Assembly (NCBI RefSeq): GCF_006345805.1
Contig: NW_021833751.1
Location: 1 to 64,000 of the forward strand
DNA length: 64,000 bases
Direction: 5' to 3'
DNA from: Octopus sinensis
Taxonomy: Eukaryota
Below are positions 51,507 to 64,000 of this stretch, piece after piece. Position 1 is the first letter of the stretch, and each line of letters starts with the position of its first letter. The position numbers and the translations under genes are program-made. A model generated the notes under the pieces. The model had not been told where the DNA came from and did no database searches. It worked only from the letters and a program-made list of their open reading frames with translations.

Positions 51507-51921
51507 TATCACGTACGTTGACGATGGGAAGAGTGGCTTCCCTTTGCAAATACAGATAGGGCACAGAAAGTGTGTCAATAGCCAGCTGGAGAAGATGTTC
51601 TCCTGGGGCTACAAGCTACAGTAACATCCACCCTTAGTGGTTAGCTATATTTAGATGGCAAATATACTTCACATTGTCGTGCAGTTACTGTCTATACCTC
51701 GTTCAGAGATTTAATATATATATATATATATAAATATATATATATATTCTATTTTTATGTTCCTAGCCAGCGTACAATATCTACGTTGACCAACAGAATT
51801 TAAGTTCTTATTTGAATTCTCCTAAAATATCTCCTTATAAGTCATATTAAGAAACTATCATCGCACCGCATCCCTGTAATCATGAGCAACACACAATCAG
51901 AGCGAACGCAATCGCTTTTAG

Positions 51922-52061
51922 TGTTGGGTATCAGTCATCTCACCGGGTAGAAACACATCCTTAACATGGCTAGGATTAAACCACAACGACTGGTCTTTCA
52001 CTGAAAGGACAGAAGATGCTTCATCTCCTGCATTTTATATTCTGCAAAGCGTTGACGGTAG
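51922..52061 (+). CDS. Candidate 140-nt internal exon (CWVSVISPGRNTSLTWLGLNHNDWSFTERTEDASSPAFYILQSVDG)
   Basis: CTTTTAG| acceptor, consensus AG|GTGAGT donor, 46 open codons, unique sequence; product unidentified. Confidence 0.45.
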
Positions 52062-52284
52062 GTGAGTATTGTTCTATACATCTGGAATGGTGCTGCTGCT
52101 GCTGCTGCTGCACCCTTCCATACCCTGAAGTGTCGTTTGCCGTATCCAGAAAAAATCCACCCGACTTCCCCATAAACTCCCCCCGAGACGTATCTCAGAT
52201 CTCCGCATCACACATGTGCTCTCAACACTCTCTCTATGGTTAAGCAACTACCTTAACAGGGTCGTTGATATTAGCTTCAATTTT

Positions 52285-52460
52285 TTGCACAAGGCCAGTT
52301 GTTTGTGGGTGGGTAGGTGGGGAGTACGTCGATTATATCTACCCCAGTTATCAGCTGGAACTTATTTTATCGACCCCAAAAGGGTGTCAGGCAAAGCCGA
52401 CCTTGGCGAAATTTGGACTCAGAACGTAAAGCCGGACGAAATGACGCTGAGCATTTATCA
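52285..52460 (-). mobile_element. Diverged SINE family B
   Basis: ATCGACCCCAAAAGG..AAAGCCGACCTTGGCGAAATTTG core. Confidence 0.65.
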
Positions 52461-52532
52461 CAAACTACAACACAGACATCGCACAAGCCAACGTCACCAC
52501 CACCACCACCAATAACAACAGTAGCAACAACA

Positions 52533-52897
52533 GGAGGCACAATGGCCCAGTGGTTAGCGCTCGGAAGATCGCGGTTTCGATTCCCAGACCGGGCGTTGTA
52601 TGTGTTTATTGAGCGAAAACACCTAAAGCTCCATGAGGCTCCGGCAGGGGGTGGTGGCAACCCCTATTGTACTCTTTTGCTCCAACTTTCTCTCACTCTT
52701 TCTTCCTGTTTCTTGTCCTCAACTTCCTACGCAACCGCTGAGCCTGGATGCGCATTCTTCCATCCGCCGATGCTCTCGGTGTCGAGGGTTGACCTGCTTT
52801 CTCTTCTGCGGGTCTTACGAATAGCAAAGGACCACGTTTCGGACTTCTCTCACTACAGAAGCGCGATCTTGCGAGCTCTGGGACGAAGACCGCTTCG
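52533..52897 (+). mobile_element. tRNA-derived SINE, family C
   Basis: Matches 11774-12128; its 3' end matches window positions 1-50 in reverse. Confidence 0.9.
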
Positions 52898-53660
52898 CTC
52901 AACAAACAAACAAACAAACAAGCAACAACAACAACAACAAAAACATAACTAATAGTGGCCACAGCAAAGAAAAGGCAATAACGATAATATAAATGAAAAT
53001 AATATAAATGAAAACAACATGACAACAATAACAACAGTACTACTTATTGAAACCACTGCACCAGCAATGTCTATAGCAATAACAACAACTATAACAACCA
53101 TAACAGCTACAATAATCAGAACAACAACAATTATAAACTAACAACAACGGGAACACATAGAAGTGAAAATGCCTCTAAAATGCTGGAGTTCGTTAATGAA
53201 GTGAAATAATTAATTAGTCATTATTCCTGCTCCTCATGACGTATTCCAGTGAAAGTATTCACTTGTTATAGCTTCCGGTGAGAAGACAACACTACGTCAC
53301 CTGTCATTCGGTGCGATTTCAATAAAGTTTCTGAGAAAATGATTTCCTTCGGTACGACTTACCCTCTCTCCACCTCAAACATACAAACACACAAGTAAAG
53401 GTATACATACACCTATACAAATATACGCACTTCTCCAATTACCCCCCCATATACAAACACTTATGCATTTTGTTTGTATGTATGTGTGTGTGTATGTGCG
53501 TTGCATCATCTTAGCATTAAAACCCCCCAATTTCTTTCAGATAAATATACACAACAATACAGATACGTACGAAAATACTTTTGGAAATGGATTTGATTAT
53601 CACTGATATTGTTTTTTTTTTATCCTTTCAAATGTATTTCGCTCTGTTAATGCTTTCCAG

Positions 53661-53732
53661 CCTATTTCATCGTGTACGGCACATTATACATGGAGATATG
53701 TATTTCACCTCATGTGATTTTAAGAGTTTCAG
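53661..53732 (+). CDS. Candidate 72-nt exon (LFHRVRHIIHGDMYFTSCDFKSF), phase-compatible with 51922-52061
   Basis: GCTTTCCAG| acceptor after a T-rich tract, AG|GTGGTA donor, phase 2-2. Confidence 0.3.
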
Positions 53733-53789
53733 GTGGTACACAGCACATTATATAAATACTCACACACACACACACACACACACACACCA

Positions 53790-54180
53790 AACGTTATATT
53801 AAAAAAATTAGAAACCAGCTAAAACACAGTGAGTTATGAATTGGAATATCATGGCAGGAGCATATCCAAATCGAATTCGAGAAGGAACTGGGGGTAACGA
53901 TGGGATCATGGAATACCGAAAAAAACTCAAAAAACAAAAGATCCATTCTGCCGGACGTGTCCTAAGGCTCACAAACAACAGGTGGACATAAGTAATTTAG
54001 CACCTGTTATCTAAAGGATTAGTGGAGACCACACAGAAGACCGCTAAAATAAATGCAAAGATGACATAATCACCCAAATTCGGGATCAAATAGAAGAGTA
54101 GTGCACAATCAAGTGTACAATGGAAGCGCATTGTGGTCGGCGAGGTATATTAAATTTTCTTGAATAAGAATCATGTGAAA
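53790..54180 (+). mobile_element. Decayed RTE-like 3' coding end
   Basis: HSAGRVLRLTNNRWT resembles W.GHV.R....RW; later WKRIV. Confidence 0.3.
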
Positions 54181-54364
54181 AGAGGTATCTACTAAACGGA
54201 GAAACATTCTAACTACAGAAGAAGAAATCCCAATTAAATGTGGATAATTATATCATGAAATGCATCGCGATCCATTCCTACCATTTATTAGTCCCCATGA
54301 GACCAGAATATACAAAACTCCATCCGGTATGTATAAATACATGGTTATTGTTGACGATAGATGG

Positions 54365-54463
<99 letters not shown>

Positions 54464-54496
54464 GTTTCCAGTCGAAAGATGCCTGTTGTGATGCCC

Positions 54497-54527
<31 letters not shown>

Positions 54528-54539
54528 GTTGTTTCGTAT

Positions 54540-54793
54540 TATTTTTGTATTTATATTCGTGTAACATCGTCCGTTTTTCCGTCCTTGTTTCGTATACATT
54601 CGAAGCTTTTTTCCAAGAATCTAATGCTCTTAGCTTAGTTTTTCCTTGGGGCTGGCCAGATTGGAGCAATCTCAAGATTAATCAGCGGAAATTGCGAGGA
54701 TGATCCGGTTCTTGACTGAAGATTAAAGGCTTCGAATGACCCGTCCGTGTTTTTTGTATCGTCTTCTGGATGTTTTGTGTTCTTGTCCCATTT

Positions 54794-54800
<7 letters not shown>
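54540..54800 (+). mobile_element. Longest family F copy
   Basis: Contains the shared F core plus about 140 bp upstream; (TTA)n and (TA)n flanks. Confidence 0.7.
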
Positions 54801-54844
<44 letters not shown>

Positions 54845-54896
54845 ATTGGTGAATTGAGGAAATGGAGCTGAACGCAGATTGAACAGAAATCGTTTT

Positions 54897-54986
54897 ATTT
54901 CATTCTACACGTGTTTCGAAAGGCACAAATTACCAAAATCCGATTGAATAATGGGACCATATTGTGTCTTTCTCTTCAGGAAGAAA
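54897..54986 (-). ncRNA. Type-I hammerhead ribozyme, canonical, GUA triplet
   Basis: CUGAAGA, stem II GAAAGACACAA/UUGUGCCUUUC (10 of 11 bp), GAAA, palindromic ACACGUGU, A17 at 54906, 7-bp stem I with one bulge. Confidence 0.82.
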
Positions 54987-55570
54987 AAGGAAATCCGTTA
55001 GAGAAACAAAAACAGAACAGAGGCGGAGCAAAAACCAAATCGAACTATGCTCCTAAGAGCCCATGGCGAACCTGTTTATCAGTGTTTGCTGAGAACGGTG
55101 GCTGAAGAATTCTACAGGTCAGGCATCGGTCAATCATGTGGGTGAGGGTGTATAGATGTTCTTAGTGACCGAGAATAAAGTTCTGACTATTTAAGGAATA
55201 TTGGATGTTTTATAAGGGGCGAGAAAAAATCTACTTAGAGACGTGTGTGTGTGTATACTGTTCTATATATGTGTGTGTTGGCGTAGGGGTAGAAAACACT
55301 TTTTGTGTACGTGTGTGCGTTTGATCGTTCGGCTGTCAGTGGCTACTGCCGTGATAACCGTTGGGTGGCAGAAAGAAAAAAATATATATATATATTATGT
55401 TTTATGTGTGTGTGTGTTCATCTGAGCCTGCCTTGTCAAGGAAACCCCCCGCTGTGAAAAAACCAAGCCCCGTTTGTCTTACAGGAGTAATTCCCCTTGC
55501 AGTGGATAATCGTAGATATCTAAAGGCTATTTCAGAATTTGTTACCAAGGGCTATGGGTGCCGGTATTAT

Positions 55571-56010
55571 TTATACGCTATTTAAAAGCCAGATAAGTGT
55601 AACGCCGCCAATGGGGGCATCGAAAAGCCGACTGTAAGAGCCCGTTACCATCCGGCCTCTGGCAAACAAAATATGGAAGAGTTCGGAGACACAAAGGTTA
55701 CACTGTCTTCTGCCCCTATCAAATAGGAGGGCCACCGACAAAATTGACCATTCCAGCCTGTAGCTTAAGTTCGTATCCTTCAGTCGCCATATTAGCTTAC
55801 TGAGTCCCGTGGTCTGGCGCTTGTTCACGTCCCGAAAAGTTGCGTAATGATTGGAGACACGCAAAGACAATCTTGAGGATGATGCCCCTACATAAGTGAA
55901 GACATCTGAGTCCGTGTAAACCTTGCATTGGTAGACGGCGTTTTTGATCTTGGAGTTCGCCGACGTAAATCTTAATCTGCTAGGATTAGTTTCTGAAATT
56001 AGAACTGCGT
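55571..56010 (-). mobile_element. Penelope-like GIY-YIG endonuclease segment (open frame)
   Basis: IKNAVYQCKVYTDSDVFTYVGASSSRLSLRVSNHYATF..TGLSKLIWRLKD..LEWSIL..CNLCVSE. Confidence 0.8.
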
Positions 56011-57162
56011 CCTGTCACTATATTCGTTCCGAGACCTGCAGCCGCTTACTACTCTATTTTCCACTACGTCACTATTAACTATAGGAATAACCCCTGATTC
56101 TCCACTATCTATCAGAGTACTGTCATTGCTAGTGCCCGTGGTGCTGCTATTGCGGGAAATGATGCTGGGGTTGCTATTGGGGCTCTCTACCCTACTCCCA
56201 TTGTTACCGTCAACCACAACACCCCTATTTATAACTATACCCCTAGTGGGTACTCCCTGGCTGGAGCTGAGATTATGTGTCACTGTACTGGCTCTCATAC
56301 CATTATTACTACTATAATATAACTTTTGATTAATCTACAACAAGATTATTCATCTTTCTATTTCACATAATATATATATATATATATATATATATCATCA
56401 CCTTTCGCATTTATACCACGGAAACAAAAAGTGTACCTATTAATGTCTTCCTAACTGAAAGTGTACATATTTATACACATAATATTGTGTGTGATGGAGA
56501 AAGGGTGACTGAGTCGTTAGAGCATCAGATAGATTGCCGCGTAATATTTGTTTCAAATCCCTGCTCTCTTAGTTCAAATCAGCCAGCTCAACTTTCAGGA
56601 TCGATAAATAAAGTACTTGACAAAGGCATGACATAAAATCTTTATTTCATTATTTTGTCTCTGGCCTTCCTGGAGAATTCATTTCCAAAGAAGTCGTCGA
56701 CAATCGTTCATATTATTTAAGATGTCAGAAAGGAAAGCAGACTGAACGCTGTCATCCTTCTCGCATCTTTTTTACCATCTCCAATTTCAGAGCCAAAGAA
56801 ATATCTTTACCAGAATCTTTACTCTCATTGTTGTTATTCGATTGTATCCCCTACAGTGTCATTATTTATTCTTTATTCATCCTCAGTATCGACAGAACGA
56901 GCAGAAGACATTAACTCTTGCTGTAGCGTATGCAAAACACTGTTGCTGCCTGGTCGGAGACACACACACACACCATCTATCGTCAACAAAAGTAAACTAA
57001 CACTAATTAAAATAATTACCCAGTACTTTGTAACCATTAAGCTAATTATGTGTCTGTCCACTCTCGCACACACAAGTGTAATTATCGATAGACCCAATTT
57101 CCTCTTATTGTTGTTTTAAAACATTTTAAAGATAATTTTATTCACTGTCCGTCAGTATTTCG

Positions 57163-57600
57163 GTGAATAAACACAGGAAGTTTACAGCAAAGTTTAAACT
57201 ACAAATAATTGATGCTGAGGGAAGCAATAATGGACAAGTCATAGGAATGTTTGAAATAGAAAGGAGCAATGTCTGCGTTTGGGGGAATGAATGGATAGAC
57301 GCTGGAGAATGCTGTGTCGTCATACGACAGCGTTCATTCTCGAAAATACTGGAAATGGCCAAAGCTGGCAGATAATATTGGTAAATTGAGGTCTGGAACT
57401 GGTAAAGGAAATTGTTTTACAACTTCAGGATGCCTTTTTTTTATATCATATAGTCTTAGGTAGAGTAGTGTTGAGAAAGCTACGGGACAGGCACGGTTGG
57501 ATTGTCTTTGGTCAAAGATTAAGTATGCCTGGTCGATTGGAGCTGACTTGAGGCCAAATAACAACGATGTGGAATCGATAGAGAACAAACCAACTTGAGG
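57163..57600 (+). mobile_element. Decayed pogo/Tigger-like transposase N-terminus
   Basis: RKFTAKFKLQIIDAE..FEIERSNVCVW (HTH) then KWPKLADNI (CENP-B-type HTH start). Confidence 0.6.
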
Positions 57601-58014
57601 CAGAGAAGAAATATTTCTGATGAAGAACTTCAATTACAAACGGCATCCATTACCACTGCGATGACGAGGGCGACGACGACGATAATAACAACAACAACAA
57701 AAACAACGGTAAACACGACGACGACGATGACGACGCCGACTAAAGACAAGGATCGTTTGTGTGGCTTCACTTTGAATTATCCATAACGCTCGCAGTCAAA
57801 TGAAATGTGTTAATATTAGAAACAATTATTTCTTTTTTTCTGTGAATTTTTGAATGAGAAAATTTGGTCGGAAATCGAGGGACCTGGTAGAAGACGATCA
57901 GGAAGGGGGAGTGGTATGAGGGGAGAGAGATAGAGAGAGAGAAAAAGAAAAAGGGAAGAAATATATAAAGAAGATAATGTGAAGGGTGAGACAATGATTA
58001 AGAAGACTGGAACG

Positions 58015-58081
<67 letters not shown>

Positions 58082-58633
58082 TATGAACCAATGGATATAG
58101 ATATATAGATATATATGCATAAACACACAAACACACACATATATAAATACATTTTCCCTTCTCTTTCTTTCTCCGACTGACGCTTCCTGCTTATAGTATT
58201 TTTTCTTCTTGACGAACGACTAATGTCCGAAATATTGGGACATATTCTCTTTCCTTGAACGCGTCCATCAAATATGTTTTTGTTAAACCTTATGCCTCTT
58301 GTGTTTTCTTTTCTTTTGATACTCGTGTTTACACAACATACATATATGCAACCATATATATATGTATGTATAATATATGTATGCATGCATTATATACATA
58401 TATGTCATTATCCAGTTTTATTTCAAGATTTCTTGCCAAAAGAGAAAGAGCCGGTTTCTAACCTAGATACAAATCTCCTTCATTGCAATTTCAACATCAA
58501 CAACAGGGTATTTTTGTATCTATACATGAGGATTTGTACATTCTGTTTTATGTATGTCTTCTCATGTATATACTTGTATATCTAGGCAAGCTCATATATA
58601 CTTAAATGATAAAATGTATGTATGTACGTATGT

Positions 58634-59866
58634 CTCTTCTAATTTTTAAAATTATTATAAATTGTCCACCGAGGAGGGAGCCAGTTTCCAACAAAGATAC
58701 AAAGCTCCATCTTTGGGATATAGTTAACACAGACAAATTCACATTTGGAACTTAAGAAATGTCTTGCATATTTTTACTGTTCCACTCACAGATTGCACTT
58801 GTAATGTGCGAATCAGTCGGTCAGTTTCTCTTTCTGAAAATCCCAGTTTATCCAGATTCTCATTTAAGTATTTACTAACAGAATCTAGTGCTCCAATTAT
58901 TATTGGTATGAATATGAACTCATAGTCTGAATATAGGAGCTGGAGGTTTCGATGCAGTTGTCCATAGATATCCGCTTTTTCTTTGATTTTCAAAGAGATA
59001 TTTATATCTGCAGGGCAGCTGACCTCTATGATGATACATACCTTTACCCCTCTGTCTCAAACTACAATATCCGGTCTGTTATGTTTACATTTGACAGAAG
59101 GTTTGATGGGAATATTTCACCAATATCCCTTGAATTGATGTTTATGAACAAAGGGATTTTCTAAGTTTTATTTCAGGGCAGTTTTTTTTGCGGATGGCGT
59201 TGTAAATTGTTTTAGCATCAACATCGTGCCGCTTAGGGAGGTAGTGCCGTAACGACATTTTAGGACAGCTGCTAATCACATGCCTAATGTCTTCCACAGA
59301 AACATGACATAGCCTAAACATGCGGCTGCACTTTGGGGTTACAAGGGCATCGCTGTATCTATTTTTTCACCACGTACATTGTGACAATCTCCTGTTCCTG
59401 GATTGCAAACACATACCCTCCAAAAGTGTGATGTGATGTAGTCGTCTTGTGCCCAAGAGAGGCTGTATTTCGTGTCAATTCTACTGTCTTCTTCAAGCTT
59501 CCGGGCAACATTTCCATGCATGATCTTTTTTTGTATGCTGAGTGCTTTCCATCCAGGTCTTCTCTGAGGTAAAAAAGCCCAGCTGTTTTGGGGCTGTATA
59601 GGAGATCATCAGGAAGAGAGTGTTTCTTGAGGAGTTCACCACCGACTCGTATAATGTTGCTCACTTCACTTTTCAGCAATACACTTATATATTTGTCTTT
59701 GCTGCTGTTGTTTAGCAGGTGTTGCCTGAGTGATACCATATGGCATTCGAAGGCCATCTGCACTGATTACAGGCCTCTACCACGTTCATTTCTTCTTAGG
59801 TAGAGCCTGTCAACACCACTGTTTCTGTTGAAGTTCCCAGTTGTTGTCAGGAATTTTCATATTTTG

Positions 59867-59867
<1 letters not shown>
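58634..59867 (-). mobile_element. RLE-3 family 5'-truncated 1.2-kb copy in (CATA)n
   Basis: GNFNRNSGVDRLYLRR..GRGL; MHG; EDIRHVISSCPKM..RHD; KCKHNRPDIVV..IEVSCP; KTFLKFQM*; (TATG)n on both sides. Confidence 0.9.
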
Positions 59868-59891
<24 letters not shown>

Positions 59892-59897
<6 letters not shown>

Positions 59898-61500
59898 TGT
59901 ATGTATGTATGTCAGGTCACTTATGAGGCTCTCATAAGTGCTACTGGTAATATGGAATCCAGTACAACCTGTTGCATGGTCGGGTTGCCGGCGAGTAAAC
60001 TGGCACAACCACTAGGATATCCGGGTGAGGAGGGTTGCTAGAAACCCAGCAGGATTAGAAACAAGACCTGTTGAAAGGTCGGATGTACCTAGTGTAGGCT
60101 CAACAGCTATCTAGCAATAGCACGAGTGCGAAGAAATTCCCAGATGGTGTCTGGCCTGCTGAAAGACCACAGGGAGTGAGGCAGCCCGTTGATGTAGCTG
60201 CACTTTCAGAGACTCGTATAGAAGGAGATGGTGAGTTTGAGGAAGTAGGAGGTGGATACACCTTTTTGGAAGGGGAAGCAGAAGGGGGAGCGCAGAGAGT
60301 CTGGTGTTGGCTTTGCAGTTCGATCTGATATCCTTAAGAAGTTGGAGTAACTTCCTGTTCCTATAAATAAACGTCTAATGACTCTGCGATTGCACCTGAA
60401 AGGTGGGCGGTTTGCTTCTTTATTAAGTACCTATGCACCAACTCTGACTAGCTGTGATGAAGATAAAAATATTTTGTATACCCAGTTGAGAGCCATACTT
60501 AGGAAAATCCCCAATTCTGATAAAGCCATTCTACTGGGGAATTTCAGTGATTGATACTATGCAAGAAAGACCTATCATTGGCTCCATAAATTCTACACCC
60601 TCAATAGTTGAAGTAACGACATCAATAAGTAAATTGAATCCTTCCAGGTAGGGCACCTGGAAAGGATGGAATTTGTACTGAAGTCTTGCGATTTGGTGGT
60701 GATTACATCACACAGTCCCTTCATAAACTTATTAGTGCAGTCTGGAGGGATGGTGCAATGCCTAAGGACTGGAATGATGCAATTATTCTTCCTCTCTATA
60801 AAGGAAAAGGAGCCAGAACAATGTGTGGTAGCTACAGAGGTGTCTCGTAAACGATGTCCTATCTGAATCTCAATGTGGCTTCTGATCTGGTAGAGGGACA
60901 ATGGATATGATTTTCCCAGTAAGACAGATGCAGAAGTGCTATGAGCAGAATATGGATCTTGTCCAGGTATTCGTTGATTTAGCGAAGGTCTTTGATACTG
61001 TAAATAGAGTCTTTCCATGGAAAATACTTGGCAAAGTTGGATGTCCGGATCACTTTGCATCTAAAATTAAATATTTTCTTGATGTGATGGAGGATTGGGT
61101 CAATGCTGATGGTGGCATGGTGGGACCCATTCTTTTACAGAATGATATCAAATAAGGTGACATCCTTGCCCCAATGCTCTTTGTACTTTGCTGCTGCTTT
61201 TACTCATGCTTTGGCTAAGGTTAGCTCTCTGGAAATATATGTCATATATCGATCTTTTGGCTGCCTCTTTAATCTGCACCGATTTGCTGCCAATTCAAAC
61301 GTTTTCCAGTCTCTTATTCGTGACCTCCTTTATGCAGATGACTGTGACTTAGTCACTCATACAGTGGATGACATGCAAATACTTATGAATCGTGTTTCTG
61401 CTTCTTGCAAGGCATTTGGAACTCAGCATTAGCCTGGACAAGACTGTTGTAATGTTCCATCCTGCAGAAAGAGGCATGACAGACGTTCTACCTGCTTACA
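59892..61500 (+). mobile_element. RTE (BovB-like) LINE remnant: 5' UTR, APE, internal deletion, RT
   Basis: DVAALSETR, SGVGFAVR, STYAPT (APE); APGKDGI, WNDAIILPLYKGKG, FVDLAKVFDTV, RDLLYADD (RT); many stops. Confidence 0.9.
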
Positions 61501-62239
61501 CATGCTAGAATTGATCCCCACATCTTTGAACAAGGCCTTAGGCTCAATTCAGAGGGTTATGTGAAGCTGCTGGAGACTGGTCAAACACTAGCCAGAGAGG
61601 GCTGCTGACGGGGGACCATATATGAGGCAGCAGGATTCTGACCTCATATTTAAGTAATCTTTTGAGATCTTCGATTTTATTTAAAATAAAAACTATTGCA
61701 GTTGTCTTTTAATTTCGATATCCAGCATAACAGGGCTATGACATTAAGCAATTCTTCGTTTAGGAAATTACTACCAATTTTTGAAAATCCCCTCGACTAT
61801 TCCGATGTAGTTTATTACAGTCATATCATTATTAGTATTTTTACTGTTTAGTTTACTGATATTTCTTACTGCTTTTCTAAGGTAGCTACGTTTAAGGAGA
61901 CACCGCTTCTATTATGTTTCTTATAATTAGAAGCTCATTTAAATGAGATTTGTTGACTTTCGGTCCTGAAACTCTTGGTAGCCTCGATTGTGTTATGATT
62001 GAATAACTCAGAGCACCTGTTGGTTAATGTAAAATGCTTTTCAATGAAAGTTGACACGTGTTTTGTTATATTGCTGTTGACATTCAGAGAAACGTGCATT
62101 AAACAATGTTATTTGAGTAGAATTTAGGGGCTTGGCACTGGAGGGGATATTATCACTAAAACCATTATTATTTTTGGCATTATTGTAATAACAGTTTTGT
62201 CAAATATTCATTTATTTCATGATGCATCAGAGAATGTTT

Positions 62240-63170
62240 CACTTATGTTATTAATTTGATTTTTGGAAACGATATCCATCAAGTTTCTACAAAACGCTAT
62301 CTCTCAAAACGATACAAAGGCCAATCCTCGCATGCAAAGCGATATCGATAAGGACGCTGAAGGTTCAATAACAGAACGGAAACTAGTCACGCGTATGGAA
62401 TGTTTCGTCAAGCGTGAAACATACATTACATTAAAAGATATCAAAGAAAGCATCAATCCCAATGCAAATTGGATTAATTAATAGACACACTCTAGATTAT
62501 ATAAATGCCAAAACTGGAAATCTACAACCAGCACTGGATTAATAGCAACGGAATAGTCTATTGGATCAATGTTTTTAGTAACAAAAGTAATTGAAGATTT
62601 AATGAATTCAATATAATTTAGTTTTATCTTTCCATCTCTTAACATGTACTGGATGGCGCCATAATATTTGCTAAGAAATATTGCACAATAAACGATAATG
62701 ATGTACAAATAATCATGCGTGCCAGAAAGACAATGTTTGATAAAAAATCCCTCTGGGTGAGAAAGGAAGTATGGCTACATATCTTAGAAATTCAAAGAAT
62801 AAATTCTAAACACTGGATATAGGTTTACACTGAGCTGATGGCTTAGCAGCCTCGCACCATTCTAGTGATCAAAAGTTTTATACATTTTGTAAAGATTTAA
62901 TCATTAAGTTTAATGGCTTAAGTTTTAATTCAATTCAATGGGGAACAGATGCCATTCCAACCATAATGGAAAGTATGTGTAAATAAGAAAGTATCTTTTC
63001 GTACCGTTCCAAAAACACAAAATTAGAATGCCTGACCTATCAAGAGAACACAGAAACCTTCAACAAACCCGTCATAACAATAACAAAGTGCAAATAATAA
63101 CCGATTCAATGAGGAGATTCACATCAACCCAAAATACTAATCGTATCAAAAAGAAAAGAAACCTTAATAT
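62240..63170 (+). mobile_element. Decayed Penelope-like RT fragment
   Basis: RMECFVKRETYITLKD (cf. AFITLKDHK), later HARK-like and W.RK pieces; heavily disrupted. Confidence 0.6.
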
Positions 63171-63194
63171 TACAGGGTGGAACCCACTATTTCT

Positions 63195-63397
63195 ATTTCT
63201 TTACTACCCACAAGGGGCTAAACACAGAAGAAGGACAGACAAACGGATTAAGTCGATTACATCTACCCCAGTGATCGACCCCGAAAGGATGAAAGGCAAA
63301 GTCGACCTCGGCGGAATTTGAACTCAGAACGTAGCGACAGACGAATTACGGCTACGCATTTCGCCCGGTGTGCTAACGATTCTGCCAGCTCGCCGCC
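63195..63397 (-). mobile_element. SINE family B
   Basis: Reverse complement of family B with a small internal deletion. Confidence 0.9.
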
Positions 63398-63416
63398 TTG
63401 AGGAGTTAATAATATA

Positions 63417-64000
63417 ACGGGTGGACCATGGTGATGAGACACATTTTAAATGCAAATATCTTGGATTATAAAAATGACATCGACAACCAAATATACTGAT
63501 TACATAACTGATACACAGTTCAACATATTTATTTAAGATTTGAATCTTATATCCTGAAGATGGTCTCTACCATGAAGAGAACATTCATGAGCTCGCTTTC
63601 TCATATCAAGCACACTGCAACTTCGCACATCAACTGGAATGGCTGCACTCTCCCTACAAATGCTTTACTTTAGTTCTGCTGCTGTATGGGACTTTCTTGC
63701 GTATACCCTATCCTTGAGGTAACTCCACCAGAAAGTAGCCCACTGGGGTTAGATTTGGTGATCTGGATGGTCAGATCTCGAAATGAGATGTCCGGGAAAT
63801 TGTTCTGGAAGTTTTGTCATTGACAGTCATGCTGCATGACTAGTGGCGCCATCTGTGTCAGGGCAAGTCTTTGCAACTTGGGAAAGAAGGTCTTCAGCAT
63901 ATTGTAGTAGCGGTCGGTAGTTATCATTACACCTACACTGTGTCCGTCCTCAAAAATGGAAGGGGCCAATTCCATGCATTAGTTACCCGCACCACATTGT
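63417..64000 (-). mobile_element. Tc1/mariner rosa (DD41D)-like transposase 3' part
   Basis: MWCG..IGPF, DRYYNML, DGATSH, FPGHLISR, RSPNLTP, WSYLKDRVY..ELK, HLQDIRFK* across frames; putative TIR near 63417. Confidence 0.75.

Larger units (their letters stand above)
51161..51671. repeat. Large fold-back element, about 225-bp arms, about 60-nt spacer, one hammerhead per arm
   Basis: 51161-51386 and 51446-51671 are reverse complements with scattered substitutions. Confidence 0.92.

Noticed and set aside
55999-56298. Asn/Ser-rich 99-aa ORF upstream of the GIY-YIG
   Set aside because: Low complexity and in a different frame; possibly a PLE linker but unsupported as a gene.
56621-56913. 97-codon open frame without ATG
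   Set aside because: No convincing splice sites, overlaps a SINE relic, no recognisable motif.
63554-63580. CUGAAGA-UGGU/ACCA motif
   Set aside because: Lies in the antisense of the rosa transposase C-terminus and is followed by GAAG, not GAAA.

Overview
AT-rich, microsatellite-saturated animal DNA with no prokaryotic features. The SINE repertoire resembles Octopus repeats; this is recognition from memory, not a database search. Most of the window is transposon-derived: a near full-length R4/Dong-type RLE non-LTR retrotransposon (12.9-16.8 kb) inside (TAA)n, two further RLE families (one flanked by (CATA)n), remnants of Penelope-like elements (PLEs), RTE, CR1, mariner, maT, rosa and pogo, Helitron-type MITEs, and many tRNA-derived SINEs. 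Only four short candidate host exons were found, none assignable to a gene. The main unexplained signal is about 18 type-I hammerhead ribozyme (HHR) motifs from several unrelated short element families. Most sit next to (TA)n, and several lie in head-to-head fold-back or partial-tandem structures. At least three are canonical in core and stems (42.8, 44.5, 54.9 kb). Three have an A15.1-C16.1 pair, raising a speculative RNA-editing-gated hypothesis. All folds were derived by eye and need covariance-model and in vitro confirmation. Most ORFs in the supplied track are microsatellite artefacts. A deletion bias in repeats suggests long-read consensus errors.
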